A DNA stretch of 63,402 nucleotides, the filler included, from Stramenopiles sp. TOSAG23-2 (lineage: Eukaryota): the NCBI GenBank assembly GCA_900128395.1. It is 11 parts of 11 records of this genome, joined end to end, with 100 filler letters (N's around TTAATTAATTAA, not from the genome) between each part and the next. Parts side by side here need not be neighbours in the genome. Positions count along the whole stretch, not along the records: positions 53,858 to 60,461 come from LT650433.1; positions 60,562 to 61,932 come from LT653062.1; positions 62,033 to 63,402 come from LT653063.1; 8 more parts are not named here. One strand, written 5' to 3'. Numbering within the stretch: position 1 is the stretch's first letter; every line of letters starts with the position of its first letter. A program made the position numbers and the translations under genes. The notes beneath the pieces are model-generated. The model worked only from the letters and a program-made list of their open reading frames with translations. It did no database searches and was not told where the DNA came from. Of this stretch, positions 57,845 through 63,402 are shown piece by piece.

Positions 57845-58342
57845 AAGAGGATATGCGATGAGATAAGTGTGAAAAAGAGATTGGAACCTTGGATCAAATT
57901 GAAAAAATTAGCAAAGAAATATGGCAAACGTGGTTGTACAATACAATAAAAGAGGATATGCGATGAGATAAGTGTGAAGATCTTTTTGTTTTGTTCAAAA
58001 ACGTCAAAAACACTTTTTTATAGGAAGTTTCTAGCAGTCCCTTTGTAGTAGTTTATGTGTGTGGTGTTTTTCGCTTGTAAAGAATATTACATATATATTC
58101 TCATATATATATATATATATAATTTTGTTCGTATTATCATTCTAGAATCATACCAGCATACAAATAATTTTTCCTCTTCTTCTTTTTTTTCTTTTTTACT
58201 TCTTCTTTTTTTCTTTTTTTTAGCTTTTTATTTTTTTTTTATTTATTAAAGCAAGTGCTAAATTCAATTTTTAAAAATTAAAATATAATAAAATATAGAA
58301 AAAAATTTAGACAAATATATATATATATATATATACATATAC

Positions 58343-60432
58343 ATGAAAAAGAACCAGATCAAGATTCCTTTGTCAAATATGTCTCAAACGTCCATTAATA
58401 TTATTCCAATTGGAAATTCAACTTTTGAACCAGTTGAAATATATCAACCTGGTACCTATAAATGGTTATGGTCTTTTCGTTCCATTACGGAAATAATATT
58501 AATATTATTCCAATTGGAAATTCAACTTTTGAACCAGTTGAAATATATCAACCTGGTACCTATAAATGGTTATGGTCTTTTCGTTCCATTACGGAAATAA
58601 TACATGACGAACCTACATTTTTATTATGTGAATTAGAATTTTACATGTTATGTATATTAACTTACATACATGCACATAGACATGGTGGGCGATATTATTG
58701 GCTATGGTGGACCACTATATTACATGGTTTAAGTACAGAGTGCATTTCTTATTGGTATGAAGACATTGATAATTTTTGGCATGCACAATCGCTTTGGATG
58801 TGGTTTGGTAAACGAGAACCATTTCACATTATTTGTCTTTATCCAGGATTCATTTACACAGCTACGGTTGCAGTTTCGCGTTTAAATATTGTTGAAAATG
58901 CACGTCCATTTGCTGCTGGTTTAGGGGAAGTATTAATGGATTTTCCATACGATGTAATGGGAATTAAATTATTATGGTGGACCTGGCATGATACAGATAC
59001 AAATATATACGATAGAACTTATAGTGTACCATGGACCTCTTATTTTTTCCACATGTCGTTTGGCATGGCATTTACATTTTTATTGCAACGTTCAAGACGA
59101 TATTTCACTGGATTATCTGGTATATACAGTAACGATGAAATTGAAGCAATGCCATTTCGTAAGAAGCAATTAGCAAACAATTGGAAAGGCGAATTGGCAA
59201 TAATGTGTGTAGTAGGCATGTTTAGTTTTCCATTAGGTGTTTTTTTACAGTTTGTTCCATTATACCATATTCCACATGATATTTTTGGCATACATACAGA
59301 AGTATGTGTCATGTTATTAATTTTTTTATATGGTTCCATTACATTTTGGGGTATCTTACGTGCACGGCCAAATAATTTAAGAGAAATTGGAGAGCGAGAA
59401 GTTAAACGTCATGCAAAACAACGTGGTCCAGGAAAGTGGCATGTGGATGAAACATATATTGCCGTTATTTTTCATTACATATTTTACATTTGTATTGTTA
59501 TTTTTTCAAATCCACAGAATGTAAGGGCAACTGGTTTACATCAACATGTTGCACCACCTGGATGTCGTAGCCCATTAGTATTAAATGAAAGTGTTGGTAT
59601 ATTGGGATTACCAGATACACCTAATGAGAAATATCCATTCATAGGTGATATTACGCGACGAAAATATTATGATCCATCAAATAATATTGTAACAAAAATT
59701 ACATTACGTTATGGTCCATATGAAGTGTTACCATGGCCTGGGCGGAAAATTGAAGTAGAACGAAATCATACAATATGCCCATCTAATTTTTCAGAACCAA
59801 CACAAGAATTTTATTGCACAAAAGAGCAACAATGTAGAAATAATAATAATGCTATAATAAATACTTGCACAATGCCAAAACCTGGAACGGAATGGTATAC
59901 ATTATGCGGAACGTCGTATATCGATGTAGAAACTGGACGTAATACATATGCTGAATATGTAATGATGGTTTGCGGTGTATGCTTTTTAGGAATGTACGTT
60001 TTTACTGCCATTTTAGCATATCCACGTACTTTATTTGATATTGTATTTGATTGTCAATTACCAAAATATTATAAAATTCATGGTCATCCTGGTATCAATG
60101 GAAGTATTAAAAGAATATTAAAGAGAAAAAAAATAATAGAAGTAGAGATAGATGAGAATCGTGTTACTGATGGTACTATTGCTGCAGGGGGTAACCAACA
60201 GAATCAAGAAGCACTTTATTTAATTGAACGGGAAGATGGGAAAAAAGAATGGAAATCCAAAAGTACATTAGTCAGTGATGGGATTGGTGCTACATATGGA
60301 GAACGAGGTGGATTATATGGCTTGAATGGTATACATGGTGAAACAAGTACACGAGAACGATTACGTACATTTGATGCATATAATCATGCATTAGAGAGGA
60401 TAAAAATGTGGAAGAAGAAGAAAGATATCTAA
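58343..60432 (+). CDS. Conserved uncharacterised multi-pass membrane protein; 5' end disrupted by a 104-bp duplication
   Basis: DNFWHAQ, REPFHIICLYPGF, DFPYDVMGIKLLWWTWHDTD, VPWTSYFFH; removing one repeat copy joins the ATG at 58343 to the main frame. Confidence 0.75.
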
Positions 60433-60561
60433 AATCACACGCATTTGTAAAAAAATCAAATNNNNNNNNNNNNNNNNNNNNNNNNNNNNNNNNNNNNNNN
60501 NNNNNTTAATTAATTAANNNNNNNNNNNNNNNNNNNNNNNNNNNNNNNNNNNNNNNNNNNN

Positions 60562-61912
60562 TGAGAAAATGCTTGAAGGTGTAAAATCAAAAGAAGGCGT
60601 AAAATCAATACTAAATATATATTTTGGGGTTGGGATTTCTCGTCTAGAAAAAACTGTTGAGATTGCACCTGAAAATCTTCAGTTTGATGAAGAAGATATA
60701 ACTTATGTATTGGAATGCTCAGCTTCAGTATACAGAAATGGTTCGATTCTATTTCTCTCTGGTAACACAACAATGTCTCAATATATGAATTACCAGTTGC
60801 GGCCTGCTTATTCTGAAGGGATTCCTGATTGTTGTCTAGAGTATTTGGCCATGGTTTCAGAAGAAAAATATATAGATAAAGACAAAGAATGGGCATTTTC
60901 TTGGAATGATGACCCAAGGACACCGCTAATTCTTGCCTGTGAATGTTTCAATGCCCGTTACTATTACCGTAACAATTATGAAGAAGAGCAACCTACACGT
61001 GATATTTTAGTACCAGCTTATTTACGAATTGTGAAAAGTCTAGTAGCTGCTGGAGCATGCATTGATGCATATTCCTTCCGGGATCGCCCTCCATTGCATT
61101 GGGCAATATCTCCTAACTTTAGTGGCAACATTGAATGTCTTTGTAGCATTGAGATTGTAAAATTGTTAATTGGAGAAGGCGTAAATGTGAACACTTGTTG
61201 TGATAGCTCAACTAGGAAATCTCCACTACAGCTGGCATGCCAATTAGAAGAGGGCAGTGGCGAAATAGAAAAACTATTACTTAATGCTGGTGCAAATCCA
61301 GTAACTAGCAGCTCAAATAATAATGGCAATGTTGCCAATAAAAAAATAAAACTTGAAATTAAAGACACAAAATCTGCACAAGAATATGATGATGCTGAAT
61401 ATAATAGATTATGGCAATTATATATGGAACGCCGTGAACAGCAACCTGATGAATTGTTTGAATTATCAGGCAACACTAGAAGAAATGTGGGCAGCAGCAG
61501 CAGATCCCATAAAAAATTTAAACCACCTATAATATCTCAACAATATAAGCGATTGTATAAAGCAATCAAGCAAGCTAGTAGAAGAAATAATACTAAATGG
61601 CGTGTAGTCAATTTGTTGAAAAGATATGAGTTGTGGTTGACAACATGTGGAGCATGTACCACATTTCAAGATGAAAAACTCATGGCTCTTTTATCAAATA
61701 ATCGCATAACTTCTTCATCAAATGATTCTAATACTAGTATTACAATAAGTGAATGCATTGATCTTACCAATGAACCAAATGAAGATGATATAATTGATCT
61801 GGAAGATTGGGTATTAGAAGTAGCATTTGAAAAAGTTATCAAACCAGAGGAAGACAATGGTGCACAAAATGCAAAACAATGGGATGAAGCAAAGATGAAA
61901 CTTGAGGCATGA
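60562..61912 (+). CDS. Ankyrin repeat protein with acidic SIM-like motifs, possibly cut at the 5' end
   Basis: RTPLILAC, RPPLHWA, IVKLLIGEGVNVN, KSPLQLAC; CIDLT and IIDLED. Confidence 0.75.
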
Positions 61913-62149
61913 AAGTTTTGTTTTTGTTTATTNNNNNNNNNNNNNNNNNNNNNNNNNNNNNNNNNNNNNNNNNNNNTTAATTAATTAANNNNNNNNNNNN
62001 NNNNNNNNNNNNNNNNNNNNNNNNNNNNNNNNATATATATATACAATATGAGTAAATAAAATCTTTAAATTATAAATAAGAGAATTTATATATATATATA
62101 ATATATCAATATTGGCTTGGCCTGTATCATATGCATACGCACACACATT

Positions 62150-63402
62150 TTATTTCTTCTTCTTTTTTTTTTTACCACCACTTTTACCTAATATAATATT
62201 CAATTCAAAACGTACTACGTTTAATTTACCTAATATTTGTGTCGTTGTTGTATCAAAACCATTTCCCTCTGTTACTGTTAGTTCATAAGTTCCTTCTTCT
62301 ATATTGGGGCGCACGGAATAACCACTTAAAACACCATAACCACCTTCACAAGGCACGTCTATTACGGTAGGTGGTGGTGATACTTTCTCCATACTTCCAT
62401 CCTCGGATAGTTCTGGAGACTCTGTTTGCGATGATAATTCTTCAGATAGTTGTTCAAGCTCTTCATTTAGCACTAATAAACATACCGGTGTACGTACAAT
62501 TTTTGTCACAGTTTGCACTTCCTTTTCTTCTTTACCGTCCTCTTTTTCTTCCACTTCTTTGGAATTTGAAACTATTTCTTCCTCGACAATTGTTACACGA
62601 CAAGCTGAAACCTTTAATACTCTCCCTTGTTCATTCAAGACAGGTTCAAGTGGTGGTAGAGCTGCCATGGCTTCTACATCCTCTTCACCCTCTTCGTTTA
62701 AAATTTTGTCTGGCAAATTGCCGGTGCACATAAATTTTATTTCCATAATTTCTTCCCCAGTTTTTCCTTCCATTGTTCTATTACCGGTTTGTTCATTGAC
62801 CTCCAACTCACAATCAACAGCAACAATAGTTTTAGCAGTAGATATTGGTGTATCATTTTCCCATTTTCCAGTGTAGGTATAACCAGTCTTTGAATCTTCA
62901 AAAACTCCTTCACCATGTTTTCCACCATTGACCCAGCTCCCTTGATACTTTTGCCCACCTAAATAGGTCATCTCTCCTTGTCCTTGCCTTACACCGCGTA
63001 TAAAATCACCAGTGTAAACTTCACCAGATGCTAAGTATTCCGTTCCTTTTCCATGTGGCCTATTTGTGTGGAATTCACCTTGATAAACATCCCCACTTGC
63101 TTTCGTCAATTCACCATCGCCATGTCTTTGATTATTTTTCATAGTTCCTTCATATTTCTCTCCAGTATTTGATATATAGAGACCTTCGCCTTCCATTTCA
63201 CCAAATTTAAATGATCCAGAATATGTACTTCCATCTGCCCAACGCCTTAAACCTATTCCAGTCATTTCCCCATTCAAAAAATTTCCTTCATATGATGATC
63301 CGTCACCTAACGTAAATATCCCCATACCATGTTTTTTCCCTTGTTTCCACTCTCCTTGATATTTAAAAAAAGAGTTTTTGTAACGATATGTACCTTGACC
63401 TT
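62150..63402 (-). CDS. MORN1: MORN repeat protein 1-like, open to the window end
   Basis: Frame extends upstream as GQGTYRYKNSFFKYQGEWKQGKKHG; tandem YxGxF/WxxGxxxGxG repeats. Confidence 0.8.
   Translation of the reverse strand, partial: GQGTYRYKNSFFKYQGEWKQGKKHGMGIFTLGDGSSYEGNFLNGEMTGIGLRRWADGSTYSGSFKFGEMEGEGLYISNTGEKYEGTMKNNQRHGDGELTKASGDVYQGEFHTNRPHGKGTEYLASGEVYTGDFIRGVRQGQGEMTYLGGQKYQGSWVNGGKHGEGVFEDSKTGYTYTGKWENDTPISTAKTIVAVDCELEVNEQTGNRTMEGKTGEEIMEIKFMCTGNLPDKILNEEGEEDVEAMAALPPLEPVLNEQGRVLKVSACRVTIVEEEIVSNSKEVEEKEDGKEEKEVQTVTKIVRTPVCLLVLNEELEQLSEELSSQTESPELSEDGSMEKVSPPPTVIDVPCEGGYGVLSGYSVRPNIEEGTYELTVTEGNGFDTTTTQILGKLNVVRFELNIILGKSGGKKKKKKK

Noticed and set aside
6657-62032. Regularly spaced TTAATTAATTAA palindromes within N runs
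   Set aside because: Synthetic all-frame-stop linkers between contigs. ORFs ending in XXXLIN and any cross-linker gene clustering are artefacts.

Overview
This window is not one locus. It is 11 contigs (nine of about 6.6 kb, two of about 1.4 kb) joined by artificial 100-nt N..TTAATTAATTAA..N linkers, so neighbourhood across linkers means nothing. Most contigs look like nuclear DNA of an AT-rich protist: GT-AG introns with ACTAAC branch points, poly-Asn tracts and the standard genetic code. A stramenopile-like origin is only a guess. Host genes include an OSCA/TMEM63 channel, an MLKL-like helical-domain kinase, a sacsin-BTB protein, a PLP decarboxylase, RING, RWD, methyltransferase, EDEM-like mannosidase, cNMP-RGS, VWA, ankyrin and MORN1 genes. 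Two things stand out. (1) Contig 20261-26895 is virus-like: an intact tyrosine recombinase, truncated penton-like and fiber-chaperone genes, tandem repeats, and a T-shaped fold-back element (perfect 46-bp arms enclosing two hairpins) bordering tightly packed, decayed virus-like ORFs. (2) ORF 35342-37675 fuses a temptin-like domain, a PEDS1/FAD4-type desaturase and a cytochrome b561. All family calls come from reading motifs by eye; no searches were run.
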